The position numbers and the translations under genes were made by a program. Shown piece by piece: positions 1-13,355 of a stretch of DNA of 64,000 nucleotides (position 1 is its first letter; the number at the start of each line of letters is the position of its first letter). The stretch spans positions 191,642,001-191,706,000 of the forward strand of contig OX597815.1 of NCBI GenBank assembly GCA_951406725.2, given 5' to 3'. The notes under the pieces were generated by a model. That model worked only from the letters and a program-made list of their open reading frames with translations, made no database searches and was not told the origin of the DNA. The DNA is from Octopus vulgaris. Taxonomy: Eukaryota.

Positions 1-145
1 CTTTGTACTCCCACTTTGCATCTCGTGTACCTCCAACTCAATATCCTCCTACTATCTCCTCCTCCCCTTCTTCTCTATCTCCTCCTACGCCTGTTACTAG
101 CCCTTCGCTATATAACTTCTCCTCTACCTACTCCTTGATCACCTC

Positions 146-212
<67 letters not shown>

Positions 213-379
213 GTCTGTCTGTCTGTCTGTCTGTATGTATGTATCGCTATCTATCTGCTAGCTAGCTATCAGTATACATACATTCATACATACATACACA
301 TATATATATATATATATATATATATCTATATCAACAATCAAGGAACGGCCATAATAGGCCATTCACCCACTAGATATAT

Positions 380-413
<34 letters not shown>

Positions 414-515
414 GGAGTAAACACATAAATGTGAAACAAGGTGGAAAAAAGAGTACTCAAATACCAGTGGTAGAGTAATATGCTTTATTTTAAGCAGCAG
501 AAAAATCAACAAAAT

Positions 516-553
516 CTGTTACTCTGAGTTTCTCGTTGCCGTTCATCAGACAG
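516..553 (-). ncRNA. Minimal type I hammerhead ribozyme (inverted-arm copy)
   Basis: Exact reverse complement of 3203-3240. Confidence 0.8.
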
Positions 554-1741
554 TTTTTGCTAGAATGGAACATATATATTAATTCAATCTATACTCTTAC
601 AAACGCTACACCTTTAAAAAGAAATGGACTTGTTTGATTGGCCCTTTAGAAAAAACGGTCAATCTTCGAGCGATAAACAAAAAGGTCAAAAATATATGTA
701 TATATATATAAAAACTTATAAAAATTATAAAATCCGAGGAAAATACCGAGGAAAAAACCTGTTGCCGTTAATGAAGACAGTACAAATTAATGCATAGAAA
801 TTAAACCTGTTATAAATACTGCAATACATATTTATATTAAAATCCACATATATATATCAACATACACAAAAGGATGCGCGTAAACGCCATACATACATAT
901 ACAGACGTATGAATATGAATCTAAATTATACACATAAAAGCATGTGTACATATATTCACGCAAACCGTCTCGCACGCAAGCTAAAATTCATCTATGTAGC
1001 AATTCTCATATACTGAGCAAGGAGGGGGAACGAAAGAAAGGGAAAGAGAGAAAAAGGAACGGAGGAGGGGTGGGGAAAAAATTTGTAGCTATGTTATTTG
1101 GCATCTATAGAGGCCTGTATACATACACAAGTTTGAATTGATACATATACATATCGTCGTGTATATGTGTGCTTAAGCACAAGCATACTTTCACTCACAC
1201 ATACACAGATACGCATGCTTACAAATACATATGCTTTGCTATACACAAACTTATATAAACATTCTAAATTTGACAACATTGCTTTTTTTTTTTTTTATAA
1301 AAAAAAAAAAAACATTGCTTTTAAAAAATGGGTGCATTAATAAAAATATATACGAAAGACCTATAAAATAAAATATAACATCCTATTTTGGGTCATTTAT
1401 AAATAATCAAGGTAATATAAATAATCAAGGTAATCTTATGCAATACAATAACATGAAAACAAAGTTTGTAGGTTTTTCCTAATATATATGTAGAAACAAT
1501 AAGACTTTGCTATAGGTCCGTTGTAGCGCTCAAGAGTCAAAATCAAAATCAAAAAATCAAAATACAAAATATATACTCTATCCATATGGTATATTTATAT
1601 TCGACATTTTAAATTTAGCCTTGTGCCTACATAAGTTCATTAATTCACTTCTTTGATTCAAAGAATTATTGTCTTTGAATAATATATGCATTTTTTCTAA
1701 TAAGCAAAGCCTGCACTTGAAATTATATTTGTAAGCTCCAT

Positions 1742-2188
1742 TGCAAAAACGAAAGCTCCTGTCCGTTAGAAGGGAAATGTCTAGTGAAAGGAGTAGTTTA
1801 TAGAGCCAAGGTGCAAGTGGAAGGCTCATCGGAATACAAGACATACACAGGGGCTTCAGAAAATTCATTTAAAACAAGATTTTATTCTCATAAGAATTCT
1901 TTTAAATACCCAGAGAATAGAAAGAAAACCAGCCTAGCAAAATATGTCTGGGAACTAAAAGAAAAGGAAGCCCCACCTTTCAACGTGACATGGAGCATTC
2001 TGGACAGGGCGGCACCATACAGGCATGGAGCTTACAAATATAATTTCAAGTGCAGGCTTTGCTTATTAGAAAAAATGCATATATTATTCAAAGACAATAA
2101 TTCTTTGAATCAAAGAAGTGAATTAATGAACTTATGTAGGCACAAGGCTAAATTTAAAATGTCGAATATAAATATACCATATGGATAG
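1742..2188 (+). pseudogene. C-terminal GIY-YIG endonuclease domain of a PLE (N-terminally truncated, no RT); resembles the Naiad-type domain
   Basis: Open frame reads CKNESSCPLEGKCLVKGVVY...YTGASENSFKTRFYSHKNSF...LAKYVWELK...WSIL...CRLCLLEK...LNQRSEL..LCRH: GVVY/YTG motifs, catalytic R, E, N and Cys/His motifs. ORF 1578..1868(-) is the inverted copy of its 3' end. Confidence 0.85.
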
Positions 2189-3202
2189 AGTATATATTTT
2201 GTATTTTGATTTTTTGATTTTGATTTTGACTCTTGAGCGCTACAACGGACCTATAGCAAAGTCTTATTGTTTCTACATATATATTAGGAAAAACCTACAA
2301 ACTTTGTTTTCATGTTATTGTATTGCATAAGATTACCTTGATTATTTATATTACCTTGATTATTTATAAATGACCCAAAATAGGATGTTATATTTTATTT
2401 TATAGGTCCTTTCGTATATATTTTTATTAATGCACCCATTTTTTAAAAGCAATTTTTTTTTTTTAAAAAAAAGCAATGTTGTCAAATTTAGAATGTTTAT
2501 ATAAGTTTGTGTATAGCAAAGCATATGTATTTGTAAGCATGCGTATCTGTGTATGTGTGAGTGAAAGTATGCTTGTGCTTAAGCACACATATACACGACG
2601 ATATGTATATGTATCAATTCAAACTTGTGTATGTATACAGGCCTCTATAGATGCCAAATAACATAGCTACAAATTTTTTTCCCCACCCCTCCTCCGTTCC
2701 TTTTTCTCTCTTTCCCTTTCTTTCGTTCCCCCTCCTTGCTCAGTATATGAGAATTGCTACATAGATGAATTTTAGCTTGCGTGCGAGACGGTTTGCGTGA
2801 ATATATGTACACATGCTTTTATGTGTATAATTTAGATTCATATTCATACGTCTGTATATGTATGTATGGCGTTTACGCGCATCCTTTTGTGTATGTTGAT
2901 ATATATATGTGGATTTTAATATAAATATGTATTGCAGTATTTATAACAGGTTTAATTTCTATGCATTAATTTGTACTGTCTTCATTAACGGCAACAGGTT
3001 TTTTCCTCGGTATTTTCCTCGGATTTTATAATTTTTATAAGTTTTTATATATATATACATATATTTTTGACCTTTTTGTTTATCGCTCGAAGATTGACCG
3101 TTTTTTCTAAAGGGCCAATCAAACAAGTCCATTTCTTTTTAAAGGTGTAGCGTTTGTAAGAGTATAGATTGAATTAATATATATGTTCCATTCTAGCAAA
3201 AA

Positions 3203-3240
3203 CTGTCTGATGAACGGCAACGAGAAACTCAGAGTAACAG
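3203..3240 (+). ncRNA. Minimal type I hammerhead ribozyme in PLE pLTR
   Basis: ctgt-CTGATGA-a-cg(gcaa)cg-a-GAAA-ctcagag-TA-acag: stem I ctgt/acag, intact core, GUA cleavage triplet ending at 3236. Confidence 0.8.
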
Positions 3241-3272
3241 ATTTTGTTGATTTTTCTGCTGCTTAAAATAAA

Positions 3273-3311
<39 letters not shown>

Positions 3312-3383
3312 TATATATACATACATACATACATATATATATATACATGTATACATACATATAAATATATATATATACATACA

Positions 3384-3447
<64 letters not shown>

Positions 3448-3849
3448 CCGCTCTTCCACCTCCTACATCACTCTCAACATATCCCCCCCTCCTCTCCACC
3501 TAAAGCTTAATTCACACCATGTCACCTCCACCCACGTAGTCTCTATTTGTTTCACCTCCACCTTATACTCCTACGCTATTTGCTCCTCACACCTTCACTC
3601 CGAATATTTTTCCTCAGCTTAACTTCGTCTTCCCATTCAAGAAAAACTCCTTTTCACACCTATTTTCATTTCATGTAGGAAACCGCCTACAGACTTCTTG
3701 CATTTTCTTTATGCTCGGATTTCCACTGCTCATCAATATGTGTGTGTGTTGCATGTGTGTTTATCTGCGTTGCACGTGCACGCGAATACTTACGTGTGTG
3801 ATGCACGCGCGTGTATATGATGCACACACGCGCATATACACATAAACAC

Positions 3850-3880
<31 letters not shown>

Positions 3881-3967
3881 TATTAATATAAACATACCTA
3901 TACATACATATGTATATATACATGAATATATTTATATATATATAGATGTATTATATTATATTATATA

Positions 3968-4539
<572 letters not shown>

Positions 4540-4660
4540 TAGATGTATTATGTGTGAGCGTGCGTGTGTGCATGTATTGAATGTACGCTAGTCGTGTATT
4601 ATTATATTCTGTTTTCAAGAATGGATACTTCTGTTACCATCAACAGAATTTTATTATTAT

Positions 4661-4694
<34 letters not shown>

Positions 4695-5215
4695 TGTATG
4701 TATGTATGTATGTATGTATGTATGTATGTATGTATGTATGTATGTATGTATGCATGTATGTATGTATGCATGTATGTATGTATGTATGTATGTATGCTTG
4801 TATGTATGTATGTATGTATGTATGTATGTATGTATGTATGTTTGTATGTATGTATGTATGTACATATGGTGCCCACAACCCCAATGTATACGAATTTTGT
4901 AATTCACCCAAACGTTCTTTTTAAACGTGCATTTGATTTGAAATAAAGGCACAAGCTTCGTAAAAGATGGAAATTTATTTTGGAGTTCTGACGGAAGTGC
5001 GAGAACGTAGTCGAAGTGCAAAGATGGTTTACAAGGGAGTTTCAAATAAATCCACCAAGGCGATTCACCATTCCTCATATCAGAGACAATTTTCAAACAA
5101 AGGGAACTGCTCAACTCTTCCATAAATGGTGATCTAGAAGGTCATATTCGTTCATCACTCCTACACGAGAAGCAGGACTGTTGGAAAGTCGCCATCGATC
5201 TTCAAGAAAATCTGT

Positions 5216-5627
5216 GGATCTTTTCGGTTTGAACGGCAGTTTTTTCTAGCGGCGTCATATGAAATTGTCACCCATAATTATGACCCTAGTATCGATCTAT
5301 TGCATTTCAATCTGTTTCAGGGTTAGGGGTGAGTGGAAGGGTATCTTTTTTTCGTCACAAATGTAAATAAACCCAATCTGTTTCTTAAACGAGGGACATA
5401 TTCATACGGCACAGAATGTTTTTTACCTAAATAGACGTCATTGATTGGTTGAAATTGCAGAAATTGAAGAAAAAAAACAACAAATATCTTACAAACTGTA
5501 GAATTTTCTCAATAAAACCAAGAGAAAAAGATGTTTTATAAACACATTCTACCAGTATACGAAGTTTAAAAGTGTTTAGTTACGTGGAAATTATTTTAAA
5601 AAACTGCCGGTCAAACCGAAAAGATCC
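5216..5627. mobile_element. MITE with ~30-bp TIRs (GGATCTTTTCGGTTTGAA) and 8-bp TSD
   Basis: TIRs ggatcttttcggtttgaacggcagtttttt / aaaaaactgccggtcaaaccgaaaagatcc; TSD aaatctgt on both sides; second copy at 46160. Confidence 0.9.
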
Positions 5628-6220
5628 AAATCTGTTTGGTGAACAACTCGTGAGACAGAAAACCTCAAACGAGGGTTCATCGTGTCTTGAAGCACGTTCA
5701 TTAGAAAAGTTTTATTCCGGCATTAATCCAGCCCCTTAGTGACGATGATTCCGACCGGAAGAGTCGAATTTTGAAGTTGTATTTTGTGAGGTAGCACCGC
5801 GCAAAATGTGCAGAGGGCGCACGGTTTCCCAAACAAGATTATCCGGAGTGATGAAGTCACAGTTAAGTTTTAAAAAACTCAATTAATCGTCACAGTTACA
5901 CTTACTGAGCATCTCAGAACGCGTATATTAGGGCTGAAACCCAGATAGACAAACTTAGCAAGGATTACACTCTGGTGTAATCAGCGTTATCAGCATTGGG
6001 TATAGCTGCACCATTCCTTTTTTGAAAACACAATAACTGGTTCCATTTATCTCAACTTGTTACGCATTCAAGAGCAATTTGAAGTTTTATTTCCGGGGAG
6101 ATGGGGTACCTCCTCACTTCCAAAGTAATTTGAGGGCTAATTTTTATGAAAATGTACTTAATAAATGGATCAAGCGAAGAGATAGTACTAAATTTACCCC
6201 ACGTTCACTAGACTTCACAG

Positions 6221-6452
6221 TTACTCTTTACACTTTTACTCTCTTTTACTTGTTTCAGTCATTTGACTGTGGCCATGCTGGAGCACCGCCTTTAGTCGAG
6301 CGAATCGACCCCAAGACTTATTCTTTGTAAGCCTAGTACTTATTCTATCGATCTCTTTTGCCGAAACGTTAAGTTACGGGGACGTAAACACGCCAGCATC
6401 GGTTGTCAAGCGATGTTGGGGGTCAAACACAGACACACAAAGATACACACAC

Positions 6453-6517
<65 letters not shown>

Positions 6518-6665
6518 TACGAAGGGCTTCTTTTAGTTTTCGTCTATCAAATCCACTCATAAGGCCTTGGTCGGCCCGAGGCTATAGTAGAAGACACTTG
6601 TCCAAGGTGCCACGCAGTGGGATTGAACCCGGAACCATGTGGTTCGTAAGCAAGCTACTTACCAC
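6221..6665 (-). mobile_element. tRNA-derived SINE family A (internal microsatellite, (GTAAAAGA)n tail)
   Basis: Matches the many other family A copies: head gtggtaag...gggttcaatccc, ggcaccttgg core, tail ggcggtgctccagcatggcc...tgactgaaacaagtaaaaga. Confidence 0.9.
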
Positions 6666-7287
6666 GACTATTTTTATGTAGATACGTCGAAGATAAGAGT
6701 TTAGCACAAAAGCAGCAACAGTCAATGAGTTGAGGGCAGTGACTGCAAAAGAATGCACGCAAATACCAAATGAAATGATTCGCAATGTTTGTAATGCCAT
6801 CCGTCTACTCCATCAGACATCGCTGAATTAGAATTGCTATCATTAAAAGTAACATTAATAATTCAAAAGATTCTGCCCTTGGATATTGGACATAGCTTAA
6901 TAAAAAAATGTATTTACGATCATCAATCATTCAAAGTGTGTGTACACTTTTGAGGACACCCTCTATGTGTGTGTGTGTGTGTGCGTGTGTGCGTGCGCGT
7001 AGCTGGGGTGGGGGAGGGGCGATACGAGCGGCACTTTTGGGCTCTGCTGTAGGCAATATGCGTTTTTTGTGAGATCTGGGGGCGGCAAACGGAAGGGCCG
7101 CCCCGCTACGCTTGTGTACATTCCTGACAATTTTGCAACGCAAACTCCCGAAATGATGCGAAATTAATTTTTTTCTCATTGATTCTCATGTTATAAGTTG
7201 CAAATGTGTTCCGATGGGGTATTTTTTTGTTTGTTCGAGAAACAACTGCAACAAAACAACAATCAAACAACAATACGACCACTTTCA

Positions 7288-7645
7288 TGCTGTGTGGTAA
7301 GTAGCTTACTTACGAACCACATGGTTCCGAGTTCAGTCCCACTGCGTGGCACCTTGGGCAAGTGTCTTCTACTATAGCCTCGGGCCGACCAAAGCCTTGT
7401 GAGTGGATTTGGTCGACGGAAACTGAAAGAAGCCCGTCGTATATATGTGTATATATATATATGTGTGTGTGTGTATATGTTTGTGTGTTTGTGTTTGTCC
7501 CCCCAACATCGCTTGACAACTGATGCTGAGACCGATAGAATAAGTGCTAGGCTTCCAAAGAATAAGTCGTGGGGTAGATTTGCTCGACTAAAAGGCGGTG
7601 CTCCAGCATGGCCGCAGTCAAATGACTGAAACAAGTAAAAGAGTA
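7288..7645 (+). mobile_element. SINE family A (internal deletion)
   Basis: Same head, core and tail as the other copies. Confidence 0.9.
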
Positions 7646-7849
7646 TGCAAAATACAATGTGTATGTATATAATAAACATTTAAAGAGAAATAAGTTGGGG
7701 AATAAATAAGAATCGTAATATCGTATTAGAGCACGTTCTTACTACCAAAGATATTGACTTCTGTGTGAAGGATGGTAGTGGTGGTTGAAATACTCGGAGA
7801 ATGAGTTCATCATTAGCTTGAGCGACGAAGGACTCATCCTAAACTGTTT

Positions 7850-8040
7850 GCGTAGCCGTATTTCGTCTGCCGTTACGTTCTGGGTTCAAATTCCGCCGAG
7901 GTCGACTTTGCCCTTCATCCTTTCGGGGTCGATAAATTAAGTACCAGTTACGCACTGAGTTCGATGTAAGCGACTTAATCCATTTGTCCGTCCTTGTTTG
8001 TCCCCTCTGTGTTTAGCCCCTTGTGGGCAATAAAGAAATA
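7850..8040 (+). mobile_element. tRNA-derived SINE family B, 5'-truncated
   Basis: tatttcgtctgccgttacgttctgggttcaaattcc (B box), gactttgcc..tcatcctttcggggtcgataaa..gtaccag core, tail gccccttgtggg..taaagaaata. Confidence 0.88.
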
Positions 8041-8575
8041 TATTTGTACAGCTCAATTTAGGAACTGCTCATTGTAAACTCCTGTAATTTTTATGTTACA
8101 GACAAGGTTCGGCTTGTTATCAACAAGAGTTTGCAGACGTTCTTCAAAAAATACCAACCCGTTACAAAATTATTTGCAGTCTGTTTATGTGGAGTTGGTT
8201 GAATTCCTGTATTCTCATCTGTATTCACAATTCGCTTTTGTTGTATCAACATCAGTTCCTCGTTTGATAAATTCGACCGCACCATCCTCTATGACTTCTT
8301 CAAATCTTATATCATTTGCAAGTGTCACAATATCTTTTCGAATCTGATGTAGACTTTCTGCTCGTGGAAAGCTTGTAAAGATACGGATACAGTCTGATCA
8401 TATATTTTTTCTAGCAGCATTCAGAGTGGAAGGTTTCACATCATCCCATGACTCAGCAATGTTATCCACAGCATCCATAATGTTGAACTTCTTCCAGAAG
8501 TCTTTACTGTAGGTTTACTCCGACTATCAATTGTTTTCATAAGTTGTTTGAGGGGTCTTCTAGGATAATATACCT

Positions 8576-8792
8576 ATTTTTTTACTACCCACAAGGGGCT
8601 AAACACAGAGAGGACAAACGGATTAAGTCGATTATATCGACCCCAGAACGTAACTGGTACTTAATTTATCGACCCCGAAAGGATGAAAGGCAAAGTCGAC
8701 CTCGGCGGAATTTGAACTCAGAACGTAACGGCAGACGAAATACGGCTACGCATTTCGCCCGGCGTGCTAACCTTTCTGCCAGTTCGCCGCCT
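8576..8792 (-). mobile_element. SINE family B, full length, with TSD
   Basis: Head ggcggcgaactggcagaaaggttagc; flanking direct repeat ttctaggataatatacct. Confidence 0.9.
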
Positions 8793-8864
8793 TCTAGGAT
8801 AATATACCTTGAAGTTAGCTATGTGTGGGAGCAAAGGATTTGCATTTTGGGGAATATAAATAAA

Positions 8865-9185
8865 ACTGATTCTCCGTCGGTTGCGACGACGAGTGTTCCA
8901 GTTGATCCGATCAACGGAACAATCTGCTCGTGAAATTTACGTACGTACAAGAGGCTGAGCACTCCACTGATATGTGTACCCTTAACGTAGTTCTCAGGGA
9001 GATTCAGTATGACACAGAGTGTGACTAGGCCGGCCCTTCGAATTACAAATACAACTCATTTTTGCCATTTGAGAGAACTGGAGCAACGTGAAATAAAACG
9101 TCCTGTTAAAGGGCACAATGCGCCGCCGGGAATCGAACGTACGACCTTATGATCGTGAACCGAATACCCTAAGCCATGCACCACA
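8865..9185 (-). mobile_element. tRNA-derived SINE family C
   Basis: Head ggtcgtacgttcgattccc, body ttatttcacgttgctccag; related copies at 47614 and 47960. Confidence 0.8.
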
Positions 9186-9282
9186 TTCTAATACTCATAC
9201 AGGTTTGCTTGATGCGTTGTCTAAAAGGAGCAACACATTGTTCGAAATATTCTCTGGCTCTGTTCCTTCTAATGATAAAAAA

Positions 9283-9594
9283 AAAACATCGCCCTTTTCA
9301 AACCTAGCCAGGCTCATGGGCCTGGTTTCCCGGTTTCTGTGGCACATGTGTTCCCTCCAGCTGAGCGAGACGCCAGTCCATCGCAGCGTTACTCAAGAAA
9401 CAGGAAGAGAGAGAGTGAGAGAAAGTTGTGGCGAAAGAGTACAACAGGGGTCATTACCACCCCCTGCCGGAGCCTCGTGGAGCTTTTAGGTGTTTTCGCT
9501 CAATAAACACACGCAACACCCGGTCTGGGAATCGAAACCGCAATCCTCCAACCGCGAGTCCACTGATCTAACTACTGGGCCATTGCACCTCCAC
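9283..9594 (-). mobile_element. tRNA-derived SINE family D
   Basis: Head gtggaggtgcaatggcccagtagttag...ggtttcgattccc; related copy at 53451. Confidence 0.8.
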
Positions 9595-10557
9595 GTTCCT
9601 TCTAACAGCAGGACACCCCCCCCCCCAAAAAAAAATTGTAAGCCACTCTTCGAAAAAGCCTTTTTATTTCAGTACCAGGTAGATTAAACACTGCGTAACT
9701 CTTGAATGTCCTTACATTTTTGGATTGATACACTGTAGGGGTCTGATTTCATATAACCAGTGGCATTTTCTCCGAGAAGAAGCGTCACATGATTTATGGA
9801 AACTTTAAATCTTGTGTCGATTTTTCTTCTTGAGAAATAAAAGCATGCACTTCCAGAAACGTGCAGTTTCATCAATATTGTATAGCTCGCAGAGTTCCCT
9901 CCAGCAACTGTTTTTTTCAAAAATTTTATTTCAGCTGCTGAGGATGTTTAATAGTAATTTCTGTACCAGCACTGGCAGCTTCAGTCATTTTATGTTGTGC
10001 AAATTCAAGAATCTCTTAAATAATTTAAACCATACTTAATCAGTCAGAAAAAAAGCTTTTAATTATAAATTCCAACGTTCTTTTTCTGCAAATCTCCTTT
10101 TGGCATTAAAAAAAACAAAAAAATACCATCATACTTATCAGCACAGCAAACATTTTCCTTTTCAACCAAGATCTCAACTGCTCCTCGTTCACGTTTTGCT
10201 TGGGTAAGAAAATGAGAACGGGAAGCGAAGTGCTGAACTCCAGTAGATTTGCTGGAAAATGAGAGTGGGCATAACCCCTAGTGAAAGAGACCACTCTCCG
10301 CATGCGCTTCTAAGATAGAGAACAAAGCTGGGCAGGCGTTTTTGCTCTTGATAGTAAGAAGCAATGTAGGGCTTGTGGTGTTTCTAGGTAGCTGTTTTCC
10401 TATTTTATGTATCATTTCCTTTTCGTTTATATTGGTGGTTCTCAACCGAGGTCCATATAATCTTTGGAGGACCACATAAGATTTTGTTGTTAAAGTTTAC
10501 ATACAATAAAAGGGTTATACTTATACAATACACACAGTATTTTAACAATTTGTTTTA

Positions 10558-10755
10558 CGAGGGGTTGCCGAAAAGTTCCTGGCATTAAGGCAATCGCAAA
10601 ATGCCTGGTCGGAGGCTCAACTTACCGAGTTCTTTTGCAGGGTTTAGAAAAACCGAAGGGCCGATGCAATAAGTGTGTGTTGAGTAAAATCATAATTAAC
10701 TGATCCTCCTGAATATTCTTTTACCCAAGTCCAGGAGTTATTCAGCAGCCCCTCG
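10558..10755. mobile_element. Mariner-derived MITE
   Basis: TA-cgaggggttgccgaaaagttcctgg ... ccaggagttattcagcagcccctcg-TA; the interior resembles a mariner transposase C-terminus. Confidence 0.8.
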
Positions 10756-10814
10756 TAAATACAACCCCTAATAATATTTAATTATAAAAATAGAATAGGA
10801 TTCTTTTAAAATTT

Positions 10815-11205
10815 AGGCGTAGGAGTGGTTGTGTGGTAAGTAGCTTGCTTACGAACCACATGGTTCAGGGTTCAGTCCCACTGCGTGGCACCTTGGGCAA
10901 GTGTCTTCTACTATAGATTCGGGCTGACCAAAGCCTTGTGAGTGGATTTGGTAGACGGAAACTGAAAGAAGCCCGTCGTATATATGTATATGTGTCTATA
11001 TGTTTGTGTATCTGTGTTTGTACTCCCAACATCTCTTGACAACCGATGCTGGTGTGTTTACGTCCCCGTAACTTAGCAGTTCGGCAAAAGAGACCGATAG
11101 AATAAGTAATAGGCTTACAAAGAATAAGTCCTGTGGTCGATTTGCTCGAATAAAGGCGGTGCTCCAGCATGGCCACAGTCAAATGACTGAAACAAGTAAA
11201 AGAGT
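10815..11205 (+). mobile_element. SINE family A
   Basis: Full head to tail. Confidence 0.9.
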
Positions 11206-12198
11206 ATAGGCTCCAGTAAAGTAAAACAGAATTCAAAGGGAGTCCATTTTAATATCAATTTGAGTGATGTTTCTCTGTTACGTTTTTTATGTTCGTAAAC
11301 TCCTCCTAGACTTGGTGCAAGGGCAATGAAACTCAAACCAGCAACTGCCCTAATCCCCGGAAATGTCGTAAGGAGGTCTATTTTTTTACGGGGCCGTTTA
11401 ATTGGGGCCCCACTGACCCTCCTATTTTACAACATTTTAAAGTAAATACATGGCATTGGCGACCAAATCAGAACAATGACGATGAATTTCAGACCATGAA
11501 CTCCCAGGGAAAATCGTAAGGGGGTTCAATTTCTGAAGGGCTGCTTAAATGGGGCTCCACTGACTCCCCTATTTTTAGTGAATTTACCTCGCCCCTACGC
11601 TTATTGATTAAACTATGATCAGCATCAGTGCTTAGCATATTTGCAGAATCACACAATGGTAGAGGGCTGCACAGCGACCCGATAGTGGCGCCGAAGACCT
11701 CAAAGGTGCCCTCCGCAGAAGCCAGCTTGAATGCCACCCCAAGTGCAGCTTCAAGGTTTAGTAGATGAAAAAGGGTTGAAAAACGCTGGTTTATACCGAT
11801 GTTTGTCATTTCCTTTGTCTGTTTGCTCCCAACTCGATCATTCATATAACCCAACCGTTTTTTCTGCGATGAATTCATTCAAGTAATGTCTCCTTCACCG
11901 CTGCCCTTGTGGTAAATAAATGATTTGGTGGACTACCAGAGTCATTAAAATATTGATGGTGGGGCTGAGGGAATATCTTGCAGATATTTTAGTTACCATT
12001 TTTTAACTGTCAGAGTTCAAGTCACTTTTGTAATAGACCATAATTTTCATCCTTCCGGTGGTCGATAGCATAAATATCAGCCAAACACTAAAAAATCGAT
12101 ATGACCAACTGAATCCCCACGCAAACACGCACAAAAAAACACCCCTAAAACCCACAGAAAAAAACGAAACAAAAAGGAATTTGTGTCAATATAAGAAA

Positions 12199-12223
12199 CC
12201 ACCACCACCACCACCACCACCAT

Positions 12224-12264
<41 letters not shown>

Positions 12265-12269
12265 CCACC

Positions 12270-12321
<52 letters not shown>

Positions 12322-12368
12322 TCACCACCACCATCACCACTACTACTACTATTACCACCACCACCACC

Positions 12369-12405
<37 letters not shown>
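12199..12405. repeat. Compound (CCA)n/(CTA)n trinucleotide microsatellite
   Basis: Read directly from the sequence. Confidence 0.95.
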
Positions 12406-12406
<1 letters not shown>

Positions 12407-12524
12407 ACGAAATTGGTTGTTTTCATGGAAAAACCTGGTTATATTTTTATATCCAGCCCCTTAGTAAGCATATCTTTGTGCGTGTGTGTGTGTATGTATA
12501 CATATATATATATATATATATATA

Positions 12525-13138
12525 AGAACATTATTGGTGAATTGAAGAAATGGAGCTGAACGCAGATTGAACAGAAATCGTTTTATTTCATTCTACACGT
12601 GTTTGAAAGGCACAAATTCAAATCCGATGGAATAATGGGACCATATTGCGTCTTTCTCTTCAGAAGAAAATAGGGAAATCTGTTGGAAAACAAAACAGAA
12701 CAGAGGCGGAGAAAAACAAATCGAACTATGCTCCTAAGAGCCCATGGCGAAAGAGTTTCGCCATGGGCTCTTAGGAGCATAGTTCGATTTGTTTTTGCTC
12801 CGCCTCTGTTCTGTTTTTGTTTTTCCAACGGATTTCCTATTTTCTTCCTGAAGAGAAAGACACAATATGGTCCCATTATTCCATCGGATTTTGGTAATTT
12901 GTGCCTTTCGAAACACGTGTAGAATGAAATAAAACGATTTCTGTTCAATCTGCGTTCAGCTCCATTTCTTCAATTCACCAATAATGTTCTAATTTCAATT
13001 ATCCGCACCAACGCACGGTTGCAACACCATATGGTTGTACCTCCAACCGTGCTGTTTTACTGCTGTGATTTTTGCTACTAAGGTATCGGTTAAACTTTTG
13101 ATTAATCTACTACAAGATTATTCATCTTTCTATTTCAC

Positions 13139-13141
<3 letters not shown>
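12525..13141 (+). mobile_element. Fold-back hammerhead-bearing element (probable PLE pLTR with 5' inversion) in (TA)n
   Basis: 12525-12990 is a ~465-bp palindrome with a 3-nt loop (12753-12755), followed by a 150-bp unique tail; both ends abut (TA)n. Confidence 0.75.
12841..12929 (+). ncRNA. Type I hammerhead ribozyme with palindromic stem III
   Basis: tttcttc-CTGAAGA-gaaagacacaa...ttgtgcctttc-GAAA-CACGTG-TA-gaatgaaa; stem II pairs 10 of 11; GUA site ends at 12921. Confidence 0.8.
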
Positions 13142-13188
<47 letters not shown>

Positions 13189-13309
13189 ATTTATTTATGT
13201 ATACACGATATATAGTATGTTTGTGTATGTGTATCTATCTCTGTCTTTCTCTCTCCCCCTCTCTCTCTATCTATTTGTCTCCGTCTTTCTCTCTCTCTAT
13301 CTATCTCTT

Positions 13310-13355
<46 letters not shown>

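Larger units (their letters stand above)
412..3273. mobile_element. Penelope-like retroelement, 5'-truncated, with inverted (fold-back) pseudo-LTR duplication, inserted in (TA)n
   Basis: 483-1741 is the near-perfect reverse complement of 2025-3273, with a 283-bp spacer. The minus copy runs ~70 nt further, to 412. Both ends abut (TA)n. The element carries a GIY-YIG remnant and a hammerhead motif in each arm. Confidence 0.9.
4862..6964 (+). mobile_element. Degenerate Tc1/mariner-superfamily transposon (WPPRSPDL-type transposase remnant), interrupted by a MITE and a SINE
   Basis: Remnant motifs SDE (~5846), INRH, FYFRGDGVPPH (QQDGAPPH-like) and WIKRRD..FTPRSLDFT; 3' end cacttttgaggacaccctcta is a typical TIR. 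Confidence 0.7.
8045..10200 (-). mobile_element. Degenerate Tigger/pogo-like transposase remnant, split by three SINEs
   Basis: Minus-strand translation gives DFWKKFNIMDAVDNIAESWDDVKPSTLN (~8420-8500), NIDETARFWKCM and VTLLLGENATG (~9750-9880), and a CENP-B-like LHNIKMTEAASA (~9970-10005). Frameshifted; outer bounds approximate. Confidence 0.75.

Noticed and set aside
944-2661. Duplicated 61-65 aa ORFs on opposite strands
   Set aside because: By-products of the inverted pLTR arms.
2975-2996. actgtcttcattaacggcaac, resembling the 3203 hammerhead
   Set aside because: The core is destroyed and there is no GAAA or stem III.
6403-6681. Recurrent peptide RRASFSFRLPNPLTRLWSARGYSRRHLPKVPRSG
   Set aside because: Antisense translation of SINE A, not a gene family.
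10432-11790. Single hAT element bounded by ggttctcaacc / ggttgaaaaacg
   Set aside because: The ends are too short and degenerate, with no convincing TSD. Similar isolated hAT-like ends occur at 40325 and 63137.
12058-12525. Pro/Leu-rich 155-aa ORF
   Set aside because: Produced by the (CCA)/(CTA) microsatellite.
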